A stretch of 20,788 nt of DNA from NCBI RefSeq assembly GCF_006345805.1, contig NW_021823757.1:1-20788 (forward strand), read 5' to 3'. This stretch comes from Octopus sinensis. Lineage: Eukaryota. This document shows positions 11,467 to 20,788 of this stretch, piece after piece (the stretch's first letter is position 1; every line of letters begins with the position of its first letter). The position numbers were made by a program, and so were the translations under genes. The notes beneath the pieces are model-generated. The model ran no database searches and had not been told where the DNA came from. It saw only the letters and a program-made list of their open reading frames with translations.

Positions 11467-11729
11467 CAGAGCAAGTTGCCAAGAGCGAAAAGGAGTAAGA
11501 AGGAAGAGTAAGGCTGCCTGGGGTTAGAGAGAAGAGCCATTAGATCGACATAAAACTTGGAAACAAACATAAAAATGTCACGAGGCAGTTTACTGCTCCA
11601 TGAAACGCTAGTTAGGGCTTTAGCCAAATGTATGATTTTTATTGCTGTTAAATTGATATCAGTGACCCCTAGTGGCTGTTTTTTTGGCTATCACTGGTCT
11701 CCATCTAACCCTCAAGCGAGTAGAAAAAA

Positions 11730-11783
11730 TATCTGTCTGTTTATCTGTCTATCTGTCTGTCTATCTATCTATCTATCTGTCTG

Positions 11784-11857
<74 letters not shown>

Positions 11858-11912
11858 ATTACTTGTTAGTATAACAACTGCGATCATCTCTTAGATTTCA
11901 GAACTAGCTTTT

Positions 11913-11978
<66 letters not shown>

Positions 11979-11979
11979 C

Positions 11980-12045
<66 letters not shown>
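11730..12045. repeat. (TCTR)n and (GATA)n arrays in inverted orientation
   Basis: TCTG/TCTA 11730-11857, 55-bp spacer, TAGA 11913-12045. Confidence 0.95.
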
Positions 12046-12046
<1 letters not shown>

Positions 12047-12094
12047 CAAAGATAGAAAGTTTATTTTACTTTATCTGAACAAAAAGCGATGCGG

Positions 12095-12640
12095 TTAATC
12101 AATGTACCTAAACTATGAACACGATATTTCAATTTTATCGGTAGCTTATTTCTGCTGGCAGCGAAGAATTCTGGAGAGCAAAAGGTGATGAAATCACGAA
12201 AGGCTGTTTTTGCATCTTCAGATTTGAAGTTTTTTCCTTACAAAAAGTTGTCTAATGCCTGGAAAACGTGATAGTCAGTTGGTGCAAGGTCTGGTGAATA
12301 TGGTGGATGACAGAGTACTTCCAAATTCAGTTCCTGTAACTTGAGTAGCGTTCTTTGTGTAACACGTGGTCGAGTATTGTCTTGCAAGAGAATTGGCCTG
12401 TCTCTATTGACCGATCTCGGTTGTTTAATTGCAAGTTCACTCATCCAATTGGATGATGTATACATCCACTGTAATTGAGACCAGCGCTGAACAACCAAAG
12501 AGACAGCATTAGCTTTTTTGGTGAATATTCTTTTTTGGACTGTGTTTTGGCACTTTGTCTCTATCCAACCACCGTGTCGAACCCTTCCAATTGTTGAAAA
12601 GGATCCATTTTTCATCACACGTAACAATACGATGCAAAAA
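12095..12640 (-). pseudogene. Decayed mariner transposase catalytic domain (DD34D, Hsmar1/SETMAR-like)
   Basis: Minus strand reads FLHRIVTCDEKWILFNNWKGSTRWLDRDKVPKHSPKKNIHQK from 12640, shifts frame, then ELAIKQPRSVNRDRPILLQDNTRPRV...HPPYSPDLAPTDYHVFQALDNFL*GKNF...AFRDFI...NKLP. There are 34 residues between the QD and TD aspartates. It has frameshifts and an in-frame stop, and the N-terminal half is absent. Confidence 0.93.
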
Positions 12641-12642
12641 TA

Positions 12643-13211
12643 CTGAAGAGTGAAGCTGCTTGATATAGATTGACTTTGATCTCTGCTATGCATGTGCACT
12701 AAGATTTAACGTTCTAGCTCAATTCCGCTGTTTACAGCAGTGCTTGGAAGGAATGTGTGTAGCGTGTGATCCTCACATTGACTACAATAGAGAAAGTTGA
12801 GCATAGAATCTGCATCAAATTTTGCCAAAAGCTTGGTGACACCTTTTCTGAGGCCTACGCAAAGTTTTCATCGTTCTCGACATTTTTTTCAGCCATCTTG
12901 GTAACAACTGTACCATTCGTACACTTCAGTGCAGCTCATGCACTCCTCTCCATACACTTTCTGCAACTTTGCGAAGGCCTCTCAGCAGGTATCGCCCTGA
13001 TAACTTTATCTGTTATGGTCAATGCGACGATCATATGCTACACACGTTTCTTCTAAGCACTGTTGTAAATAGCGAAAGCTCAGCTAAAACGATAAAACTT
13101 AGTGCGCATGCACAGCAGAGTTCAAGGTCAATCGGTACCAAGCAGCTCTACTCTGTGCTTTAGCTTCGTTACTATGGCATCAGTCCGAATACTTATTGAT
13201 CAGACCGCGTA
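12643..13211. mobile_element. Fold-back, MITE-like mariner derivative built from two inverted 5' ends
   Basis: 12645-12866 is an imperfect reverse complement of 12965-13158. The + arm encodes EKVEHRICIKFCQKLGDTFSEAYAK and the - arm encodes EAFAKLQKVYGEECMSCTEVYEWY (mariner N-terminal HTH region). The right end reads TA-cgcggtctgatcaataagtattcggactg on minus (TIR-like, TA at 13210-13211); the left TIR is lost. Confidence 0.85.
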
Positions 13212-13376
13212 TATATGTATATTATATATAGTGTATATGTATATACTATGGACTCTCCCGTCGTTAGACGTCATATGAGGGTTTGACAATTTCTTACAGA
13301 ACAACAAAATTTAACAGACAGAAAATTCATACCTAATTCCTAATATATATATATATATATATATACTGTATATATA

Positions 13377-13738
13377 TTCTTTTACTCTTTTATTTGTTTC
13401 AGTCATTTGACAGCGGCCATGCTGGAGCACCGCCTTTAGTCGAAGAAATCGACCCCACAACTTATTTTTTGTAAGCCTAGTGCATATTCTATCGGTCTCT
13501 TTTGCCGAACTGCTAAGTTTCGGGGACGTAAACGCACCAACATCGGTTGTCAAGTAAGGATCGGAGGACAAACACAGCCATACAAGCTTCTTTCAGTTTC
13601 CATCTACCAAATCTACTCACAACGTCTTGGTCGGCCCGAGGCTATTAGTAGAAGACACTTTCTCAAGGTGCCACGCAGTGGGACTGAACCCGGAGTCATG
13701 TGATTGGTAAGCAAGCTATTTACCACACAGCCTCTCCT
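13377..13738 (-). mobile_element. Full-length SINE B-C with almost no linker
   Basis: Same head and tail as 2760-3165; the linker is reduced to ~20 bp near 13565-13585. Confidence 0.92.
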
Positions 13739-13739
13739 A

Positions 13740-13829
13740 AGTATGTATGTATGTATGTATGTATGTATCAATGTATATGTATATATGTAAATGTATGCAT
13801 GCATGCATGTATGTATGTATGTATGTATG

Positions 13830-13861
<32 letters not shown>

Positions 13862-14120
13862 TGTATGTATGTATGTATGCATGTATGTATGTATGTGTAT
13901 GTATGTATGTATGTATGTATGTATGTATGTATGTATGTGTGCATGTATGTATATATGTATGTATGTATGTATGTATGTACGTACGTATGTATCTAATGTG
14001 TGTATGTATGTCTATATGTAATGTCTGTATGTACGTATGTATGTATGTAGGTATGCATGTAATGTATATATGTGTTAATGTGTACGTGTATATATGTATT
14101 TGTGCATACATGTATGTGTG
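13740..14120. repeat. (ATGT)n microsatellite
   Basis: Directly visible. Confidence 0.95.
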
Positions 14121-14380
14121 TGTGTATTTGTGTCAGTTTTTGTCACCCAAGACGCTACCACTTGACAGCTACCACTTGGCTTGTTCAGGTCCTGGTAAAT
14201 TAGCGGTTCATCAGAAGTGATCGATGGACTAAGTCCCAGATCTAACAATAAAACAAAATAAATAAATAAAAACAAACAAACAAAAAAAAAACGTGAGTAC
14301 TGCAGCCGATTTGTTCAACAAAACCTTTCATGGCGGTGCCCCAGCACGGCCGCAGTTCATTGGCTGAAATAAGTAAAAGA
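14121..14380 (+). mobile_element. Decayed SINE C tail
   Basis: cttgacagct...ttagcggttc...gtactgcagccgatttgttcaac...ggcggtgccccagcacggccgcagttcattggctgaaataagtaaaaga, with an A-rich insertion. Confidence 0.75.
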
Positions 14381-14592
14381 CAGAAAAAATAACACAACAT
14401 GACAACTTGTTTTTCTGCTGATGCACTTTAGACAGGTTATTTTCATGATACAAATATTATTTATAGATCGAAGAATCGATAGCAGATTTTGATAATTCTA
14501 CCAGGGATTAACTGATTTGCTGATTGCTTCGCATTCTCTCTAATTCAGTCTAAATTCCTTCGATAGAAATATACTTATTTCCTCTCTGGAAA

Positions 14593-14598
14593 ATAATA

Positions 14599-14650
<52 letters not shown>
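14593..14650. repeat. (AAT)n microsatellite
   Basis: Directly visible. Confidence 0.95.
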
Positions 14651-14652
<2 letters not shown>

Positions 14653-14713
14653 TTAGTAAGAAATAAAGTAGCAAAAAGTGAAACACTTTTTTTTAAAACA
14701 AAACAGAACAAAA

Positions 14714-15439
14714 AAAATGGCGGCGTGAAATGGAGCGAATCGAAGAACTAAAAGGTTGGTTTTTCCTCTAAGGATGTTACAAGATATTTTGAAAATAAGT
14801 TGGTCTCTGCAGCTTTAGTCGAATTTCTATCGGACAATAAATGAATAAATACAAATATATAATGTATATAAAAAAAATATAGAATAATATAATAGAAGAA
14901 TGGATTATTTTTTTCTTGTTTAAGGAAAAGATATCTGAAAAAAAAAAGAAGCAAAATGGCCGCTGAAGAAGCGAATCTGTTGAAGAGTGACGAATATGAT
15001 TTGAAACGAACAGACCGGAATAATTACCAGTATAGATTCTTCTAAACGTAGCTTACTGACGAAATATAGAGGGGGGTGGGGGAGTGAGTTATAGGGTAAA
15101 AATATTCGATAAAAGATTAATAACAGTAAAAAATAAATACGTTTTGATATGGGCACCCCAAGGATTTGAGCCTTGGGACACAGATTTCTCCCGCTATCAA
15201 CCACAACCATTGAGAAATATTTCTACAGCGTTTTACTTTTTTTTTCAGTGCTGGCTACTATTAAATATGGTTCTATCATGACAGCTTGATCAAAAAAAAA
15301 AGGGGTTGGGGAAAGATTGTTTTTGCAAGTTGTCCTGGAAAAACTCGAAAAGAAGTTTGAAAAGAAACCCAGGGAAAGGAAAGAAAAAATGAAAATAAAA
15401 AATGGCGTCTGAAGAAACACTTGAAAAGTGTCGGTAAGA
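14714..15439 (+). promoter_or_regulatory. Candidate promoter / first-exon region with three YY1-like motifs
   Basis: AAAATGGCGGC (14714), CAAAATGGCCGC (14952), AAAATGGCGTC (15399). Donor-like sites AAG|GTTGGT (14754/5) and CG|GTAAGA (15433/4). Motif evidence only. Confidence 0.3.
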
Positions 15440-15631
15440 ATAGGTGGTGGTGGCGGCGGCGGTGATGTGGTGTAGTGTGTGGGGGAGGAAGGGGAGGGAG
15501 AAAAGGAACAAAGGAAGAAAAGAAAGAGAAAGAAAATACAACATGAGAGTCGTTGAGAGATTAAAGGAAAGAGAAATGGAAAGAACAAAACTAGCGTTTC
15601 AAGTACAAGTGAGGTTGAATGCGGCTGCTTA

Positions 15632-16130
15632 TGATGATGGTGATGATGATGACGATGAAGACGACGATGAAGATGATGATGGTGATGATGATAAGGATGA
15701 CGATGATGATGATGATGACGACGACGACGATGATGATGATGACGATGACGATGATGATGATGATGATGAAGACGACGATGAAGACGACGGGAAGGATAAT
15801 GATGATGATGATGACGATGATGAAGACGACGGGACGGATCATGATGATGATGACGATGACGATAATGATGATGATGATGATGATGAAGACGACGCGAAGG
15901 ATAATGATGGTGATGATGATGATGATGATGACGATGATGATGATGATAAAGACGACGAGAAGGATGACGATGATGATGATGATGATGACGATGATGATGA
16001 TGATGAAGACGACGAGAAGGATGATGATGATGATAGTGACGATGATGATGATGATGATGAAGACGATGACGACGTTGTTGATGATTATGATGATGATGAT
16101 CATCATCATCATGACGACGACGACGACGAT
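15632..16130. repeat. (GAT/GAC)n array with higher-order units
   Basis: Marker RAAGACGACGnGAMGGAT recurs at 15780, 15822, 15885, 15948 and 16005. Confidence 0.93.
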
Positions 16131-16385
16131 ATTTTCAGTTTAATTTTTTCTTTTCATATGTATACATACATATACATATTCACACACACACTCACGTACA
16201 CAAACACACACACACCTTTATTGCAGTCGATTTGTCCGACTTTCCGTCAGTCTCAGCGAGCATTTTTAAAAGCATAAAATTTAGAAAATAAACTCTCCAA
16301 CTTATGTATATACGTTGTCTTGGGGGACACAAACACACTAATACCGTTTGTCAATTATTTGGGAGACACACAAATACTAACACAC

Positions 16386-16427
<42 letters not shown>

Positions 16428-16431
<4 letters not shown>

Positions 16432-16585
16432 GGCTTTGTTCAGTTCCTCTCTACCGAATTTATGTCTTTAGGCCTTGGTCGGTTCGAGGATATAAAAGAA
16501 GATAGTTATCCAAGGTGCCACACAGTGGGACTGAACCAGGGACCATATTGTTGGGAAGCAAACTTCTTACAGTACAAGCATGCCC
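16428..16585 (-). mobile_element. Decayed SINE B head
   Basis: gggctttgttcagtt...ccttggtcgg...ccaaggtgccacacagtgggactgaaccaggg...gttgggaagcaaacttcttac. Confidence 0.82.
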
Positions 16586-16719
16586 GAGTCTGTATTCGTA
16601 GATATTTATTATATATGTTAAAATTGTTCTGGTCACGATCAGAAGTGTGGGGAAAATAGAAGAAAAAAAAAAAGGAATATATTCGGACAGTCACACAGCC
16701 ACTGTTAATGAGAGCGAGC

Positions 16720-17374
16720 ATTACGAGCTGGTAGAATCGTTAAAACGCCGGGCGAAATGCTTAGCTGTATTTCGTCTGCCGTTACGTTCTGAGTTCAAAT
16801 TCCGCCGAGGTCGACTTTGCTTTTCATCCTTTCGGGGTTGATAAATCAAGTAGCGGTTACGCACTGGGGTCGATGTAATCGACTTAATCCGTTTGTCTCT
16901 CCTTGTTTGTCCCCCCTGTGTTTAGCCCCTTGTGGGTAATAAAGAAATAGGTATTTCGTCTGCTGCTACGTTCTGAGTTCAAATTCCGCCGAGGTCGACT
17001 TTGCTGGTCATCCTTTCGGGATCGATAAATTAAGTACCAGTTACGCACTGAGGTCGATGTAATCGACTTAATCCGTTTGTCTTTCCTTGTTTGTCCACTC
17101 TATGTTTAGTCCCTTGTGTATAGTAAAGAAATAGGTACTTCGACTGCTGCTACGTTCTGAGTTCAAATTCCGCCGAGGTCGACTTTGCTTTTCATCCTTT
17201 CGAGGTCGATAAATTAAGTACCAGTTACGCACTGGGGTCGATGTAATCGACTTAATCCATTTGACTGTCCTTGTTTGTCCTCTCTGTGTTTAGCTCCTTG
17301 TGTGTAGTAAAGAAATAGGTATTTCGACTGCAGCTACATTCTGAGTTCAAATTCCGCCGAGGTCGACTTTGCTT
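16720..17374 (+). mobile_element. SINE A (tail variant 2) with its 3' 184 bp in 3.3 tandem copies
   Basis: One head (A box near 16728); units start at 16767, 16951, 17135 and 17319. Confidence 0.95.
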
Positions 17375-17455
17375 CCCAACTGTAAGTTTTCTGGTTCAGT
17401 CCCACTGCGTGTTACCTTGCACAAGTGTCTTGTAGCATAGCTCCGGGCCGACGAA
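17369..17455 (+). mobile_element. SINE B internal fragment fused to the array end
   Basis: ttgcttcccaac...ggttcagtcccactgcgtgttaccttgcacaagtgtctt...gggccgacgaaa. Confidence 0.8.
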
Positions 17456-17487
17456 AATTATTACATTTTATTTATACAATAATTTAA

Positions 17488-17824
17488 AGGGTTATGATCC
17501 CCTTCGGTTATGAATGACCATGGGATTGCACCTAGAAAGTCCCCTCGAAGGCATAAATGTGGGCAAGGTAGTTTATGGAAGACCAGCAGATGCCCATGTG
17601 TACCAGCCTCCCTTCTCCAAGCCACCGATGTAACTCAAGAGAGATTCAAAGGCCGATACAGTTTGGCACCAGTGGCGTCGCAACTCATTTTTGCCAGCTG
17701 AGCGAACTGCAGCAACGGGAAATAAAGTGTTTTGCTCAAGAACACACCACAGAGCCCGGTCTGGGAATCGAACATCTTACCTCATGATTGTGAGCCCGAA
17801 ACTCTAACCACTGAGCCATGCTCC
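17488..17824 (-). mobile_element. Full-length tRNA-derived SINE D
   Basis: Minus strand: ggagcatggctcagtggttagag (A box), gttcgattccc (B box), gtgttcttgagcaaaacacttt...cagctg (CORE-like), and 3' tail gcaatcccatggtcattcataaccgaagggg. Confidence 0.88.
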
Positions 17825-17938
17825 ATATTACATATAAATACGTAATAATTTTGTAATAATTATTACATATAATAAATCTAGTCGATTTTATTTGATACAT
17901 TGTGTAGAAACTAAAACAGCGTGGAAGACACATAGCCA

Positions 17939-18329
17939 CCATTGAAAACTCACAAACAATGTTAACTAGATTCGAAAACATTCACTCAACAATCATCGCC
18001 AATTCTTACTTTTTTCTTTTAGGCTACCAGAAGCAACATTATTCATAGACCCCTTCCATTTGTTTTAGGAAGATAGTAGATAAAAACGGTATGTGAGGGA
18101 GATCTGGCTGCTATTTCTACAAACTTTAACAAACTTGAACCATTGAAAACCCACAAACAATACTAACTAGATTCGAACGCATTCACTCAACAATCATCGC
18201 TATTTCTTCTAACTTTTTTCTTTTAGATTGCCAGAAGCAACATTATTTATAGACTTCTTCCATTTGTTTTAGGAAGATAGTAGATATAAACGATATGCGA
18301 TGGAGATCTGGCTGCTATTTCTACAAACT
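17939..18329. repeat. Tandem duplication, two units of about 190 bp, period ~201 bp
   Basis: ccattgaaaac...ggagatctggctgctatttctacaaact at 17939-18125 and 18140-18329. Confidence 0.95.
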
Positions 18330-18685
18330 CGAACGAGCGTCCGCCTTTAGGCTCCTTCAACGGCTCCTTCTCAAAAAGAACCTGCCTTCTGTCTTCAAAG
18401 GCAATGCCTTATTTAAGATACACGATTGTGGTTAAATAATTACATATCAACTATAAAGTACAAGTGTGACAACAGCAACAGTAACAGCAACAACGATCGC
18501 TCGTTTTCTGTTTAGTGTCACATCAAACCGTTGAGTCAATGGACGTCAATTCAGAAAATGGAAAAAAAGAATTATAAAATACGTAAAACAAAACAATAGC
18601 GGAGTGACAAATGACACTTAGCTTGTAGCAGGACTGGGGATTGTAAAATAGCCGAATGTGTGTAACTACAGCCTACTGGCCCTAT

Positions 18686-19419
18686 TGTGTGTGTGCGCGC
18701 GTATGTGTGTATGTGTGTGTGTGTGTGTGTGCATGATGTGTGTGTATGTGTGTAGACACCGACGTGTATGTATGGATGTATGTCCACACAAACGCACACG
18801 TATGTATATATATATATATGCACACATGTGCACACGCATACGCATATGTATGTATGCAACATATATGTGCGTACATAAATATATACACATCTATATGTAT
18901 GAGTGTGTGTGTGTGTGTATATATATTGTATGTATATAAACATGCGTGTGTATGTGTGTGTGTGTGTTACGAAAGCTGAGAGATGAAGAGAGTATATAAT
19001 ACAGAGAAAGAGTGTAAGAGAGAAATATTTATATCTGTTTAAATATATATTAGTGACTGTACGTGTATGTATATATATATATGTGTGTGTGTATGTGTGC
19101 GTGTATGTATATATGCATATGTGAGTGTGTTTGTGTGCGTGTGTGTTTGAGTGTGTGTATGTGAGTGCATGCTTGTATGTATATATATGTGTGTGTGTAC
19201 TTATATATATATATCAATATACATATATATATGTATGTATTTACATTATACGTACATTCATATATGCATGTGTGTCTCTGAGTGTATAAATAAGAAACTA
19301 CACACACACACACAGACACACAAAGAGGCATGCACAGATACGCATATGTATATGCTGTAAAGGCGCAAACTACAGAAACGTATATGTCAATAAACAGATA
19401 CTTATATATATATATATAT

Positions 19420-19471
<52 letters not shown>

Positions 19472-19584
19472 TACATATATATACACACACAGACCACACA
19501 CCACACACATGTATATATATATTAATACATTATGTGTATATAAATATATGTAATCTATATACATATATGTGTGTGTATATATAT

Positions 19585-19615
<31 letters not shown>

Positions 19616-20088
19616 TATATATATAGATACAATAGATACACTCCTATATATATTTATATATGTATGTATATATGTATATATACATGTATACATATATATG
19701 TGTGTGTATCTCTCTATATATATGTATATTTAATGTATATATATATATATATAGATAGATAGATAGATAGATAGATATAATATATACTTTCATATATATA
19801 TATATACTTATATATGTATATATATATATATATGTACTTGTAAACATTCACAAACGCACACATATGTTATGTGTGCGCACGTGTGAATATTTGCATTATG
19901 TTCACATAGTCTTGTATATTTGTACATACACATCTAAATATTATTCCAACGTATCCTATGTATTTATACTCCCTCCCTCCCTCCCACTCACACATACACA
20001 CACGCACATATACACATCCTGCCTCTCTCTCAAGCACACACATACATACACACAAGTAGAACCGCACATGCTCACACACACGCACACC
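18686..20088. repeat. Compound (TG)/(TA)/(CA)/(GATA) microsatellite field
   Basis: Directly visible; accounts for all the CVCV and YIYI ORFs here. Confidence 0.93.
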
Positions 20089-20422
20089 TAACAGCGATAA
20101 CCGTTGCCTCTTCGCTTGTCGTCATCTCGAAAATGAGACGAAACGGTTGGCTGTGCGACCGATGGTTGTAATGGAATCGACCGAGGCAGTCATGTGTATG
20201 GCAGCGGTTAACATGGAGAGAAGCTTGCAGTTATCATGGGAAATTATCCAAGATAGCTTTTGGTCGATTGTGTTTGGCGAACCGTCTTAAGAAAATGGTC
20301 TTTTCTTGACCCCTGGGTCAGACGTCTTGGTCGCTGGTGCACGCATTGACTTTGCTGGCAAAAGCAATTTAATTATTGTCGTTCGTTATTGTTCGTTTTG
20401 CAGCTTTGGTTAAATGGTGTTG

Positions 20423-20788
20423 AGTGTGTGTGTGTGCGTGCGTGTGTGTGTGTGTTTGTGTGTGTGTGTAGGTGTGTGTGTGTATGTGTGTGTGTGTGTA
20501 GGTGTGTGTGTGCGTGCTGTGTGCGTGTTTCTATTTGTGTAGGTGTGTATGTAGGTTGTGGTAGTGATTATAATGACAAGTGGCGATGTTAGCAGTGGTG
20601 GTGGTGGTGGTGGTGGTGGTGGTGATGGTTGTGGTGGTGGTTGAGGTGGTAGTTGTGGGATGGTTGTGGCGATTGTGGATATTGTGGTTGCGGTGGTGGT
20701 GGAGATTGTGGTATTGGTAGTTGTGGTGTTGGTGGCTGTGGTGGCGGTGTTGTGGTAGTAGTAGTGGTTGTGTTGGTGTTAGTAGTTT
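20423..20788. repeat. (TG)n followed by degenerate (GGT)n
   Basis: Directly visible; runs to the window edge. Confidence 0.93.

Noticed and set aside
12238-13056. Intact or domesticated (SETMAR-like) transposase gene
   Set aside because: Frameshifts, an in-frame stop, mutated start codons, no SET domain and a missing N-terminal half.
16720-17374. CRISPR-like regular array
   Set aside because: Whole 184-bp units are homologous, with no unique spacers, no cas genes, and a eukaryotic SINE context.

Overview
Repeat-dominated, apparently non-coding eukaryotic DNA. The SINE sequences match what I recall from Octopus (coleoid cephalopod) genomes; this is recognition from memory, not a database result. 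I cannot support any intact protein-coding gene: nearly all ORFs in the track are read-throughs of microsatellites or SINEs. Contents: about 15 copies or fragments of three tRNA-headed SINE types (my labels: A; B-C, a head and tail joined by a microsatellite linker; and D). There is one complete 580-bp non-autonomous Helitron (5371-5950), a decayed Hsmar1/SETMAR-like DD34D mariner transposase remnant (12095-12640, minus), and an adjoining fold-back element made of two inverted mariner 5' ends (12643-13211). The rest is long di-, tri- and tetranucleotide arrays, a 1-kb polypurine tract and short unique islands, one with a YY1-like motif cluster and a possible first exon (14.7-15.4 kb). The most notable structures are an antisense SINE nested in the linker of a same-family copy, a SINE whose 3' 184 bp is tandemly amplified, the mariner fold-back, and several close inverted repeats that could form dsRNA or cruciforms.
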